Origin: Octopus sinensis
Taxonomy: Eukaryota
Length of the DNA: 64,000 nucleotides
NCBI RefSeq assembly: GCF_006345805.1
Contig: NC_043005.1
Coordinates: forward strand, 45,384,001 to 45,448,000
Direction of reading: 5' to 3'
Shown here piece after piece: positions 13,141-26,710 of this stretch (its first letter is position 1; each line of letters opens with the position of its first letter). The notes beneath the pieces were generated by a model. It worked only from the letters and a program-made list of their open reading frames with translations, was not told the origin of the DNA and ran no database searches. The translations under genes and the position numbers were made by a program.

Positions 13141-14096
13141 AAAAGTAATATAGTTTCTGTCCTGATAGAATTGCTTAATTATTACATTACCTTATGGTGA
13201 TATAAGAATGCCTGTTTCAGTCATTTGCTGGCAGCCAGGTTGGGTCACCACCTTTGAGAGTTCAGTTGATCACACTGACCCCAGTTCTTATTAGAGTGTC
13301 ACAACTATTTTATCAAACAGTTAAGCACACACCCACACACACACACACACATACAAACAAACCCCATACATACACACACACACACACAATAGGTTTCTGA
13401 AGTGTTTCCAGCTACCAAATTCTTCTCACAAAGCATCAATCTACACAAGAATACAGTAAAAGCAGTTACCCCAATACAGTTGTGAACCAAAATTTATAAC
13501 ATCTCAGTCATTTGTGCACATACATCATATACTAGTGTCTGCCATCAAGGAATTTTTTTTGTCATAATAAATTTTACATCAGAATATTATAAAAGAACGA
13601 TATATCAGAAGTATGCAGCATTATTCTACACACCATAAAGTATCTTTGACCAGTAGACATTCTGTGTACATATGTCATCACCAAACTGAAGCAGCAGTCA
13701 TATTTACTACCACCACCACCACCACCATTGCAATAACTACAGGAATCACATACCAAAAACACATCTACAACACCACACTATACTTACTACATTCACCTTT
13801 CCAAGATATATAAAGAAAAAAATTAAAATGGATCTTAATCAGAATTTCCAACAGTGAGTTTCAGTTGTTTGATGAGCTGAACTACCTACTCATCGAATTA
13901 GCATGATAGTGGCTGAGTACTCCACAGATATGTGTACTCTAAACCAGTGGCATATGGTGGTTATTGTATTAGGTGTGCTGCCACACCCAATGCCACGAAA
14001 TTTCAAGGAAGGGTATAACAAAAGTTTTCTATTAAAATTTGTGATTAAATTTGTGCAGACCTAGCACACCCAGAATATACACCCTTGCTCTAACTC

Positions 14097-14307
14097 TTAA
14101 ACTTTTGGTATTTAAACCAACCATATCCAGCATAAATTTTCTACCTGTTTTATGTTCAAACTGGCCAGGTCTAGCCACTCACACCTACCCAATTCTGAAA
14201 ATAAGCAATAATATTGTCAAAATCTTGAAGCTACAAGATAACGCATGATTAATTTTTTAAAATGTGAATAAATTAGCATTGCATTTGACAGAGTAATCAG
14301 AATGCTA
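14097..14307 (+). mobile_element. TTAA-flanked MITE family 2, diverged
   Basis: Homologous to 21213-21441, 38670-38876 and 45603-45831. Confidence 0.65.
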
Positions 14308-14669
14308 CTCAGCCAAACTTTTGTATTACATGGACAATCAATCCAGCAGGCTTCCATACAGTTTCTATCAACCTAATTTCACTCACAAGGCTTTAGTTGA
14401 ACTCATACTATTGTAAAGAAAACCTTGCTCAAGAAACTATAATGTGCAATCAAACTTGGGACTTTGTGACTGTGAAGTAAACTTCTTAACTGTTTGGCCA
14501 AACTGCATCTACTCCTCTGAGATAAAGATGATAACCACAGCACCAGTTGTAGTTTTGTGCTGTGTTTCTGTATTTTATAAACCAAAGGATAACTGCTCTT
14601 CATTCTTCTTAATCACCTCCACTTCAATCCTAATCAGATTCTCCTGTTGTTTTTTTATCTTTTACTTGT

Positions 14670-14910
14670 TTCAGATGTTTGACTGTGACCATGCTGCAGC
14701 AATACCTTGCAGAATTTTTAGTTGAATGAATTGATTCCAGTACTTTTTTTTTTAAGTCTGGTACTAATTCTATCAGTCTCTTTTGAAGAAATACTAAGTT
14801 ACAGGGAAGTAAACAAACCAACATTGGTTGTCAAGCAATGGTTAAGGGCAAACACAGTCACAAAAACATTCACACATAGACAAATGTATATATTTATACA
14901 TATATTTATA

Positions 14911-14953
<43 letters not shown>

Positions 14954-14959
14954 GATGGG

Positions 14960-14992
<33 letters not shown>

Positions 14993-15146
14993 GATGGGCA
15001 GTTTCAGTCTACTAAATCCACTTACAAGGTTTTGGTCAGTCCAAGGCTATAGCAGAAGACACTCACCCAAGATGCACACAATGGGACTGAGCCAAGCACC
15101 ATGTGATTGGGAAGAAAACTTCTTACCACACAGCTATGCCTGCACC
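14670..15146 (-). mobile_element. SINE family B with internal (TA)n expansion
   Basis: Family B motifs in reverse orientation. Confidence 0.75.
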
Positions 15147-16544
15147 TAGATGTCAAAATGGTCAACCCTAGACTCTCTTTTAATAGGTGAACACAGATTA
15201 TTATCTTCTGAGTTGTATCCAGTTAGATAGTGCAGGGCAGAGTATGCAGTATGGTTTTGCAAGCCTTGTATATTTAGTATGGTTTGGCCTTGGTTATGCC
15301 TCCAAATTTGATTGGTTGCCTCTTTGTCACAGATCATTTTCATCAGAGAAAATTATGGTTATTCCACAATATCTCTAATTTAATCAGTCTTCTGCCTGAA
15401 GAAATTTCTGATCAAGAGAACGTAATGCCATCTCATTTGCTGTAACTTACAAAACCACAATTTACCAAGTTAGTTAGTTGCCTATTCCTCTTAATAGCAG
15501 TCTGAAAGATATTTTAATTATCTTAATTAGAAAAATGAATAATCCAAAACTGGTTTGTTTCTCATCTTTTGACATGTATGGAATATTGATGAGATTAAAC
15601 TATTTGTATTATTTGTCTTCCTTTTCTCCCAACCTGTCAGGAGATTTAATTTGTGAACTCAGCTATGTAAGTTATATAAACAGAAAACCAACTAGACCAG
15701 AACAAATGCTGCTTGAATAGTTCTATAAAAATTCTCATAGTTATTGTGAGTTAAACTCACTACAAACAGACTACGTAATCATGTTTTGATTTATGCAAAG
15801 AACAGGTAATACTAATGCCTATGAAAAGGCATTTATATCACAACATCAATTCTGTTCAGTTGTGCAAATCTAAAACTTCATATTATATTAAAGTAAATAT
15901 AGAAATCATTATGATAACAAAGTAAAGAAATTTTCTGTAATTCTTTGCATTGTTGATGTGGAATGGTAGAGTAGTGAATATTTTGTTATCATGCAGCTAA
16001 AGCAGAGGTGGCTCTGCCATTGCCTTATGAGCATTTCAGCTCAGAGCGGTTCTCTTTTGACCCCAACATGAGAGTTTCTGCTCAGTACTGCTTGTGAGAA
16101 AAACTAATCAATTGTATTATGTCATCATCATCATCATAATTTAAAGTTTTTTTCTCCATGCTGGCAAGGGTTGGATGGTTCAACATTAACCAACAAATTC
16201 AGAAGGCTGTGCTGAGCCCCAGTGTCTGCTTTGATATGGTTTCTACAGTTGGCTGTACTTTCTGATGTCAACTACCTCATCTCACAGGGTGTACTGAGTA
16301 CTTTTGCATGCAACCACTACTAGTGAGGTCACCAAGTACCCACAAGACAAGATTCTTCAACTGAATGGAGTATGGTATTGAAGGATAATAAAGTATGATA
16401 GTAGAACAGATGCAGGTATCTTACTGAAGAGGTGAATATGTACTATATGAAACCACTCTGAAGTGATCTGATAGCCTATTTATTCTATCAAATACAATAA
16501 ATAGGATGTTGTGCATTTGTCAATGCTTTAAAAATCTTCGTTAA

Positions 16545-16872
16545 ATCGCTACCTTTGGGCAAGTGTCTTCTACTATAGCCTCAGGCCGACCAAAGACTTG
16601 TGAGTGGATTTGGTAGAGAGAAACTGAAAGAAGTCTGTCATATATATAAGTGTGTGTGTGTGTGTGTTTGTCACCCCACCATTGCTTGACAGCTGATGCT
16701 GGTGAGTTTATGTCCCCGTACCTTAGCGGCTCAGCAAAAGAGACTGATAGAATAAGTACTAGGCTTACAGACAATTAGTCCAAGGGTCGATTTCTTCAAC
16801 TAAAACCCTTTAAGGCAGTGCTCCAGTATGGCCATGGTCAAATGACTGAAACAAGTAAAAGAATAAAAGAAC
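16545..16872 (+). mobile_element. SINE family B, head missing
   Basis: ttgggcaagtgtcttctactatagcc...gaaacaagtaaaagaataaaag. Confidence 0.8.
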
Positions 16873-17169
16873 TCTTTCTTAAGTCTATAAGCAAAGTAGA
16901 CAAAATACCAACAAGTTTCAATTATACATTGTACAACAACAAATAATCCACTACATGATCTCTTGACCTACTAGAAACACTAGCAATTACACCCTACTTT
17001 CTTGAATGAGGTAAGACACATTGAACAATCATGGTTGGAAGGCTTTTCATTATATATCTGATTGATCAGAACTGAAGAATTGTTCATTGAGTCACTCAGC
17101 TTGTACAATAGATTCATATAATATATTATATATCATAGATTACTCCCCCACAACCACCACCACTCTTAG

Positions 17170-17640
17170 TCAAGAAGTTCCTGTCTTGCAAGGTACTTGG
17201 TGATCCAATCAATACTGGTCCACATAAGAAAACACTGGTGGTGCCAAATAAAATGCACTGGTGCTGGTGCCACATAAAATGCACTAGTGTTTGGTGCCAT
17301 GTAAAAAGCACTGGTGCTAGTACCACATAAAAAATACTGGTGTTGGTGGCATGTGAAAAAAAACACTGGTGCTGGTACCACATAAAAAACACTTGTGATG
17401 ATGCCAAGTAAAAAACACTGATAATAGTATCATGTAAAAAGCATTGGTGGTGGTGCCACGTATAAAGCGCCCAGTACACTCTGTAAAGTGGTTGGCATTA
17501 GGAAGAGCATCCAGCTGTAGAAACCGTGCCAAAAAAAGACTACGGAACCTGGTGTGGCTTCTGGTCTTGCCAGCTCCTGTCACACTGTCAAACCTATGTC
17601 AGCATGGAAAAATGGATGCTAAATGATGATGATGATGAAA
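17170..17640 (+). mobile_element. (GAT)n-tailed RTE-related element with an internal ~26-bp tandem array
   Basis: About 10 units of cactggtgctggtgccacataaaaa at ~17210-17470; tail gcatggaaaaatggatgctaaatgatgatgatg. Confidence 0.75.
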
Positions 17641-17834
17641 AAGATCACCAAATGAGTCAACAGAGCTAATATGGACTATAATGATTATGTATTTGGACCA
17701 AGATATGGTGAAGTCTGGTGCATTGTAATGAGCAACTAACATGAAACATTAAAGTAAAACCTATAGTCATGCTGGACATAGTCCCTGTTGAACTAATGTC
17801 GGGTTGATCGTTTCTCTTTTCTTCAGAATCCAAG

Positions 17835-18004
17835 TCAGGTGAGAAGCTTGCTTTCCAACCACATGGTTCTGGGTACAGTCCCACTGCATGGTACCTTGGG
17901 CAAATGCCTTCTATTATATAGCCTCAGGCTGCCCAAAGACTTGTGAGTGGATTTGGTAGACAGAAACTGAAAGCAGCCCATCATGTGTGTGTGTATGTGT
18001 GTTT

Positions 18005-18053
<49 letters not shown>

Positions 18054-18262
18054 TTTTCTACCACTGCTTGACAACCAGCATTGGTGTGTCTTTGTCCTCA
18101 TAACTTAGAGGTTTAACAAAAGAGACTGATAGAATAATTACCAGTATTAAAAAAAAAAAAACTAAGTACTGGAGTTGATCTATCTGTCTAAAAATTCTTC
18201 AAGGTGGTGTCCCAGCATGGCCATACTCTAATGATTGAAACATGCAAAACAAAAAAGAAAAG
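17835..18262 (+). mobile_element. SINE family B with (GT)n
   Basis: Family B motifs. Confidence 0.8.
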
Positions 18263-18531
18263 ATAAATCAATTTCTTAGTGTCATGGTATCTATAAATTA
18301 ACTCTTCTGCAAATCATATTAGTTTCAAATTTTGGCACAAGGCCAGCAATTTCGGGGATGGGAGTAAGTCAATTATATTGAGCCAAGTACTCAACTAGTA
18401 CTTATTTTATCAATTCCGAAAGGATGTAGGGTGAAGTTGACCTTAGGGAAATTTGAGCTTAGAACATAAAGACAGACAAAATACCACTAAACATCTTGCC
18501 CGGTATGATAACAATTCTACCAGCACACCAC

Positions 18532-19878
18532 CATCATCATCATCATCATCATCGTCGTTTAGCGTCCGTTTTCCATGCTAGCATGGGTTGGACGGTTCTA
18601 CTGGGGTCTGTGAAGCCAGAAGGCTTCATCAGGCCCAGTCAAATCTGGCAGTGTTTCTACGGCTGGATGCCCTTCCTAACGCCAACCACTCCGTGAGTGT
18701 AGTGGGTGCTTTTTGCGTGCCACCCGCACAGGTGCCAGACAGAGCTGGCAAACGGCCACGAACGGATGGTGCTTTTTATGTGCCACCGGCACAAGGGCCA
18801 GGCGAGGCTGGCAACGGACACGAAATGGGGCGGTGCTGGCAACGGTCGCGAAATGGTAAGGTTCTCTTACATGCCACCGGCACTGGTAACACATCTGCAA
18901 TTTCCATTGATCGATTTCCATTCTGATCCTTACTTGCCTCAACGGGTCTTCACAAGTAGAGTTTCGACATGCCACCGGCACTGGTAACACATCTGCAATT
19001 TCCATTGATCGATTTCGATTCTGATCCTCACTTGCCTCAACAGGTCTTCACAAGTAGAGTTTTGTGTCCCAAGAAGGGAAGGTATGCATACGTAGGCTGG
19101 CTCCATCCCAAGTAGAAGGCCACGGGTTATGGACTCACTTGTCCTGCCGGGTCTTCTCGCGCACAGCACACTTCCAGAGGACTCGGTCTCTAGTCATTTC
19201 CTCAGTGAGACCTAAAGTTCGAAGGTCGTGCTTCACCACCTCGTCCCAGGTTTTCCTGGGTCTGCCTCTTCCACAGGTTCCCTCAACCGCTAGGGTGTGG
19301 CACTTTTTCACACAACTATCTTCATCCATTCTCGCCACATGACCATACCAGCGCAATCGTCTCTCTTGCACACACAACTGATGCTTCTTAGGTCCAGCTT
19401 TTCTCTCAAGGTACTTACACTCTGTCGATTATGAACACTGACATTACACATCCATCGGAGCATACTGGCTTCATTTCTTGCGAGCTTACGCATATCCTCA
19501 GCAGTCACGGCCCATGTTTCACTGCCATGTAGCATGGCTGTTCGTACACACGCATCATACAGTCTGCCTTTCACTCTGTGCGAGAGGCCTTTTGTCACCA
19601 GCAGAGGTAAGAGCTCTCTGAGCTTTGCCCAAGCTATTCTTACTCTAGCAGTTACACTTTCAGCACACCCACCCCCGCTACTGACTTGGTCACCTAGGTA
19701 ACGGAAACTATCAACTATTTCTAGTTTTTCTCCCTGGAAAGTGACGGAAGTTGGTCTCAGAGCATTTTCAGTGTTTATTGTTCCTGAGCATCTGCCACAT
19801 ACAAAAACCATCTTCCTAGTTAGCCTTCCTTTGACATTGCTGCACCTCTTATGTGTCCATAGCTTACACTTGGTGCAT
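18532..19878 (-). mobile_element. 5'-truncated RTE-clade LINE with 3' UTR and (GAT)n tail
   Basis: ORFs 19308-19811 (FRYLGDQVSSGGG..RTAMLHGSETW..EASMLRWMC) and 19135-19377 (RLRWYGHVARM..RGRPRKTW) are typical RTE ORF C-terminal motifs; frameshifted. Confidence 0.92.
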
Positions 19879-20221
19879 CATCATCTGCAAATCATATTAG
19901 CATATTGTAGAGGTCAATATTATCAAGTTTGAGAGGAATCAAATAAAAAACTAGAAACAAAACTACTGAATAATAAGCAGTAAGTAAAATAAATGTTTAC
20001 AAATATCAGATCATTGTGCATATATAAAGATTTACTTAGAATGATATTTTCAATCCACCATATTTTCTGCATTCTTCCATCAGTATGCATAAATATTCTG
20101 TTTCTAGATAAATCATACAAGTATTTATTAATGAATCTGAATTAATTATGGATTCCAAAAGGCTTAGAATTATAATTCAAGTCAACAGAATGATGCAACA
20201 ATAATTTAAAATCTTTTTGCA

Positions 20222-20585
20222 GATCACTGCAATGCTGGGGTACCTTGAAGAATTTTTTACTTAAATAAATCAACACCAGTAATTATTATTTTTTTTAAAG
20301 CCTGGCACTTATTCTATCGGTCTCTTTGTGCCAAACTGTTTAGTTATGGGGACATAAAAAGCCAACAGCAGTTGTCAAGTGGTGGTGAGGGACAAACAGA
20401 TACAAACACATACACATATATACAGTGGGCTTCTTTCAGTTTCCATCTAGAAAATCTTCTCACAAGGCTTAGGTCGACCTGAAGCTATAGTAGAAGACAC
20501 TTACATAAGGTGCACTCAGTGGGACTGAACCCAGAACAATGTGTTTGGGAAGCAAACTTCTTACCACATAGCCACACCTGCACCT
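20222..20585 (-). mobile_element. SINE family B
   Basis: Family B motifs in reverse orientation. Confidence 0.8.
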
Positions 20586-21212
20586 AATATCTTCAACTAA
20601 GAAAATAATTACCACTCAGACTGTTTTAGATGTGGAATTATTAAAACAAACAATGAATGTAACCTTGAAAGGTCACTAAAATGTAATAAGACAAAACGCT
20701 TGAAAGAATAAGTTATGTGTAGGCAACAGATTTCACAAAAGTGCCAAAGACTCAAAGAATGGCTTGTCTCAGTAGACAGAGGGCCAGTAAAAAATCAGGC
20801 CCACAAAACATAGACTGGGAGCTCTGGTGGATTGACAAAAATGCCATAGGTTCAGGAACAGGTGGTGCAAGAATGTGCAAGCACCTCCCATAAAACTTTG
20901 GTGGGAGAAATAAAAACAATTTACACATCCTCTTAAAAAACTGGTTTTGCACCTCCTAAGCAAATTTTGTTCACGCATTTATGAATGAAGCAGAACTGTG
21001 GAGCTTCCCATGACCACCTCACAGAATTTGTTCACCAAGACAAGCTACATCATCCACTTACAGGGGCAAGGAGCTTACTCATGCTGTCTTCTGCTTTTTA
21101 TACATCTCTATATCTTTGAGGTTTTAGTCATGGATTCTGAATAGTCTTAATCTAAAATCTATTGTTTATTTACTGCTTAGATGTCTCATTGGAAGTAGTT
21201 AATAAGTTTCTT

Positions 21213-21441
21213 TTAATCCTTTAGCATTTAGATTATTTTGTCAAATGTAATACTTATTTATCCATATTGGTTTGAATTAAACATGCATTATCTTATAACT
21301 TTGAGATTTCGACGATGTGCTTATTTACTTTTAGAATGACATTGTAGGGTAGGTGTGAGAGGTCAAATCTGGCTGGTTTTCAAAATAAAACAGGTGGAAT
21401 ATTTTGACCAGATATGACCAGTTTAAATGCTAAATGGTTAA
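21213..21441 (-). mobile_element. TTAA-flanked MITE family 2
   Basis: TTAA-TCCTTTAGCATT ... AATGCTAAATGG-TTAA terminal inverted repeats. Confidence 0.8.
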
Positions 21442-21450
21442 ATGAATAAC

Positions 21451-21700
21451 CAGTGGTTATCAACTGGAGTCCATATGACCGTTGGAGGTCCATGTAAGAT
21501 TTTGTTGTTGAAATTTATGTGCAATAAATTTGTTATACTTCTACAATACACATAATATTTTAGCAGTTTTTGTACAATTCCTAATATTTAACCATAAAAA
21601 TATGCAAGGATTTTTTAAAGCATCAACTGGCTATGGAAGTTCACCTGAGTGAAATAGGAATCAGAAGGAGTCCATAGGTAAAAATAGTTGAGAATGACTG
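21451..21700. mobile_element. hAT-like MITE
   Basis: Ends CAGTGGTTATCAAC / GTTGAGAATGACTG; related copies at 22884-23138 (inverted) and ~62042-62247. No clear 8-bp TSD seen. Confidence 0.6.
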
Positions 21701-22883
21701 GCCTAAACTCTGAGTAGATTTAGTAGATGAAAACTGAAAGAAGCCCACTGCATATATGTGTGTGTATGTGTTTGTATCAGTGTTTGTTCCTTCCACCACC
21801 ACTTGACAAATGGTGTTGACTCTTTTATGTCCCCATAACCTAACAGTTTAGCACAAAGACACCGTTAGAATAATTCCCAGGTTTCAAAAATAATAATAAA
21901 TACTGGTGTTGATTCATTCAACTAAGAAAGGAAGCTCCTGGCTAGTGTTTAAAGGGCTTGAATAAAGTTTTGGGGACTCAGTGTAAATATTACTTATCTT
22001 GTCACCCAGCTATAGACTGTGATTTTAAAATACAATGTATAATAAATGTAAGGTTGCAAGGCAACAAGCTTGCAGAATTGTTAGCATGTTAAGCAAAGTG
22101 TTTGACAGCATTTCATGTTTTTATGTTCTGAGTTCAAATTCCACCAAGGTTGACTTTGCCTTTCATATTTTCATTCTCAATAAAATAAGTATCAGTTGAG
22201 GACTGGAGTTGATGTAATTGACTTACCCCAACCTCCTTAATTTCAGGCCTTGTGCCAAAATTTGAAACCAATATACATAGGGTTGACTTTAAGTTTTTGA
22301 TACTAAACCTAAACAAAGTAAGAGTTCTGAAAATGCAATAACCAAGAGATTAGTTATTCATAAGTGAATTTGTGTTATATAAATCAAATATGGAAATGAA
22401 AAGCATTTATGTCTTCACAAAAACTATTACAATTGACATTAATTTTGTTATGGAACCAATAATAGTTATCATCTTTTATTCATTCTTAATTAGTTATAAT
22501 CATTCTTTCCTAATTATTCTGAAAGAAAAGTATGACATAGATAACATGATGACTTCCTTTGCGGTGTAAAAGTTATGAGCTCCATTTAGGAACCTACTAC
22601 TCACGTTAAAAATAAAGAGTTTCTCTTTCCTTCTAAAAGGGTGAGTATACGAGATGCCTGAATGAAGTGTGATGTTGTGTATTTGTGAAATATGAGCCCA
22701 GAAATCAGAGCATTTCCAGTGACTTATTATTATCATATGTTATGTTGAATGTTAACTACTAAATAGGTTGAGTTCATGTCAAAAACTGATAGAATATCAA
22801 TATTTTGAGATGGTATTCTAAGTAAAGACAGATGAGAATCTAGGAATGGAGACATCCTTAAAATGAATGACAGAGTTTTAGGC

Positions 22884-23138
22884 CAGTCGTTCTCAACTAT
22901 TTTTACCTATGGACCTCTTTTGATTTCTATTTCACTCAGGTGAATCCTCATAGCCAGTTGATGCTTTAAAAAAATCCTAGCATATTTTTATGGTTAAATA
23001 TTATTAGGAAATGTACAAAAAACTATTAAAATATTACGTGAATTGTAGAAGTTTAAGCAATTCATTGCACATAAATTCTAAAAACAAAATCTTATATGGA
23101 TCTCCAAGGGTCATATGGACTCCATTTGAGAACCGTTT
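22884..23138. mobile_element. hAT-like MITE, inverted relative to 21451-21700
   Basis: CAGTCGTTCTCAAC ... TTTGAGAACCG; body is the reverse complement of the 21451 copy. Confidence 0.6.
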
Positions 23139-24680
23139 GTCTCATTATCATCATCATCAATATTTAACATCCATTTTCCATTCCGGCATGAGTAAGATGA
23201 CTTGACAAGAACTGGCAAGGTCAGAGGCCACACCAGGTCCCATAATATGTTTTGGTTTGGTTTCTATAGCTGGATACCCTTCTTAATGCCAGCCACTTTA
23301 CAGAGTGTACTGGGTGCTTTTTATGTGGAACCATCACCAGTGATTTTTATCTGGCACCAGTACCAGTTCCATTTTATGTGGCACCAGCACATACACCAAT
23401 GGTTTTTTTATGTAGCACCTTGGTTTTAGGATCTCAATTTTGTTGTGGTGGGTGGATCTTAAACAAATTCTTTGGACTGGAAGAGGCAAACCAAGAAATT
23501 TTAAATAAGTTAGGCCAGAGCTATGAATATTGAAACTGACTGTTGAGAAGAGAAATTGATGCTGTATTAAAACATATTCTAATTGAGTCTATAACTGTTG
23601 GCATTAGCAACAATTATAATATGGAAAAACAGTGATTGCTTTCCAGTGCAGAAACTGGTGATGGAAATGGTAGGATATGCAGCATTCCCCTATCTTTTCA
23701 ACTCATGGAGAGGCAGGTAACATGCAGCATCTTGTCTCACCTTTCCAATATGAACCTCTCAGTCCTTAGTATAACTTTAGTTACTGACTCCTATTTCTAT
23801 TACTACAAGAAACATTCCTGTTATGCCATCCTGATTGTAAAACGGCCATGTCTAGTTAGTTAATGAAACCCTATATTACAGGGTATAACTTCATGATAGA
23901 GTTTTCAATTCTGAAAATAGAAAGAATAGGCAAACTAGTTATCAAAACAAAGTTTCCCTTTCATTCATATGAGTGTAAACAAAATTATGAATACCTTTGG
24001 TATAAAGTACCAATCATGTGAAGCACACAGTACCACTGTTGCAGTGATAGTGCTAAACATCAGTACTATGAAGCACAAATTGTTGTTTAAACCTAGAAAT
24101 TTAGATTGAGGAAATCTAAGACCAAAAGCATTCCAACAGTGACCATCTTGTGTTTTAAGGATTATCTAGAATTACATTACCCATGTTGTGTCTTGTTTAT
24201 AATTATGGGGGCTGATTTGGCAGCTATTTCTAGCAGTTGACTGACCACACCTAGACTGCTTCATTTGCTTAATCAAGCACTAATGGTCTTATGTGCTACA
24301 GATAAGGAACAGAATACCTTTATGTTGTAAATAACTAGCTGCAACTCCAAAGATTATTACAGTTAATGAGATATTACATTTGTGTCAATGTTAATCAAAC
24401 ATGAGTTAAAGAAAATACATAAGTTGACCTTGTACATGAAGAAAACTGAACCAATAATATAACACATGATATCTACGTTATATCATTTCCTTTAGAAAGT
24501 CAATACAATGATTTTCTACAACATCTATTTACTTCCATTAAAAACAAATTAGTAGTTGGAATTAAAGAACTAAAAGACTTGTGACTACTGCCCACAATAA
24601 AAACCTCAAAAACGAGATACATTCTATCTCATGGGAATTGGTTTGTTTTATTTTGTTTTTCGTTGTTATCTGATGTTTGA

Positions 24681-24902
24681 TAGACTTCTGTTTGTCAAAT
24701 ATTTACTGAACTTCTGTTCATCTAACGTTTACAGAACTTCTGATCACATAATGCTTGCAATAAGTCTCGTTCATCTAATGTTTGCTAGACATCTGTTCAT
24801 GTAATATTTGCTTGACATCTGTAAATACTTTTTTGCTAGTCTTCTGTTCATCTGTCTGCAGGACTTCTGTTGACATATGTTTGCAAAACTTCTCTTCAAC
24901 TA
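24681..24902. repeat. Degenerate ~26-bp minisatellite, 8-9 units
   Basis: Approximate consensus TAGACTTCTGTTCATCTAATGTTTGC. Confidence 0.7.
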
Positions 24903-26128
24903 AAACCATTTATCATCTCTGTAGGTCAAAAAATATCTTGTTGCAAATGCTTAGTACCAAGTCAGTGCTGACTGAGAAAAGCTATGATCAAAAGTATTAT
25001 AGCTGTCACCATTTCATCTCTTTGAAGACATTGCATATAGATATACCTTCCCTACCATTTTGCAGATGGTTGAGTGTGATTTAAGAGGGGATTGGCTGTA
25101 AGTTTTAGTATAATAAACTATAATGTAGAGGCATTTCTGTTATAATAACATGAATATATAAAATTAGGCTTCTGATTTTTATACAGAACTTTGCAAACTG
25201 GCTATATCTTCGACAGTGATGTACTGAATGACAAAAATTTTCAAATAAATTGAAATTTGCCTTTTAGAGACAGAAAATAAAACCTAGAAACAGTTTTTAG
25301 CAAGTGGGCAGATAATTTCAATAATTTCATTCTTGATTTCACAGAATATTGAGGGAGATAATTTGATCTTTGTAAGCCAGCAGTTTTGGCTATATTCCAG
25401 TTTTATGAGACCTCTTCAGTAAAGCATAGTTTTCTGAAGAACAGAAACTTGTTTCAAGTAGAAAAAGGATATAAAGAATTATGATACATTTTTGCTCTAC
25501 AAAATTTTTTTGAATAAATCAAATGTATCCATTTTGCAATTTCATTTTTTGTATTTTTCTTTTTTATTGTATTCATACACAGATCCAGTAATGGCCACGT
25601 GTTTAAGGAGTTTGTGTTGCAACCACACAATTGCAGGTTTCATCCCACTACATGTCATCTTGAGCTTCTACAATTACCACTAGTTGATTAATATCTTGTG
25701 AGTGAAAATGGGCGATAGAAATGTGTATATGTACTTCTGTGTGTGTGTGTGTGTGTGCATGCACATGTGTATGCATGGATGTTTGTATCGTCACATTAAC
25801 ACTGTCTGTAGAAACACTTCACATTAGCACTGATTGTGATTGTGTGTGTTTCATAACTTAATGGTACCACAAGTATACTTCACTATGGCAGCACTCCAGA
25901 AAAGTTGCAGTCCAATGAATGAAACAAACAAAAGAGTAGAAAAGTAAATAAAGAACATTAATATGAATGAGTAAGTTTATGCATAAACATTGCATATTAT
26001 TTGCATGTCATTACAAGTCTAATCAGCTATTATTCTCACACCACATAGACTTATTTTTTTATTGCACACTGATGGGAGCCTATTTGAGCACAACTATCCA
26101 AGGATACTATTGTTCACAAGGGCACACA

Positions 26129-26163
<35 letters not shown>

Positions 26164-26627
26164 AAATTCAGGGTGAATACTTGATAAGTGTAAGCACCTA
26201 TATATGCCAGCTAGTAGCAGAGGTGATACAGTAGGGACGGATTTTCGAAGTCCAATGATACCCTACATACCTATTTGATTATGAAGATTTACAAACATAC
26301 TTTCTCAGTGAAACTCAATACACTCACCATTATAGATAATACCAAATGTACATTTTTGGATTTTTCATAATGTGATGTAAGTCTTCGGTATAGCAATTGC
26401 ATGTGGCTGAAGAGAGCTTTAAACCATCTGTTATGCCGATTATACATTGATGTAAGAATAGGTTGTTTTATAAAGCTTGAAACACATAGCAAAATTTAGA
26501 AATAGCAGTTAAAACTAGCTATTTCACTACCGTAAGAAAATCTAGCTGTTTCACTACCATAAGAAAATCTTCCAGACAACCCATGCAGGTAAAGAGAAAA
26601 AATAGCAAATCCACCCAGCTTTGATTA

Positions 26628-26710
26628 ACTGTATACGCGTTTCAGAGTTAGAGAGATGTGAAAAATGTAAAATCATATTTCCACTCTATCATTCTCCTCT
26701 TCAGTACAGT
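26628..26710 (-). ncRNA. Type I hammerhead ribozyme motif
   Basis: Minus strand: ACUGUA-CUGAAGA-GGAG[extended irregular stem]CUCU-GAAAC-GC-GUA^-UACAGU. Helix I 6 bp, intact core, helix III palindrome ACGCGU. Confidence 0.75.

Noticed and set aside
16424-16470. CTGAAGA..GAAAC spacing
   Set aside because: No helices I-III; chance match.
17210-17470. CRISPR-like regularly spaced repeats, also 28790-29085
   Set aside because: Contiguous tandem units without unique spacers, inside retroelement bodies, in a eukaryotic context with no cas genes.
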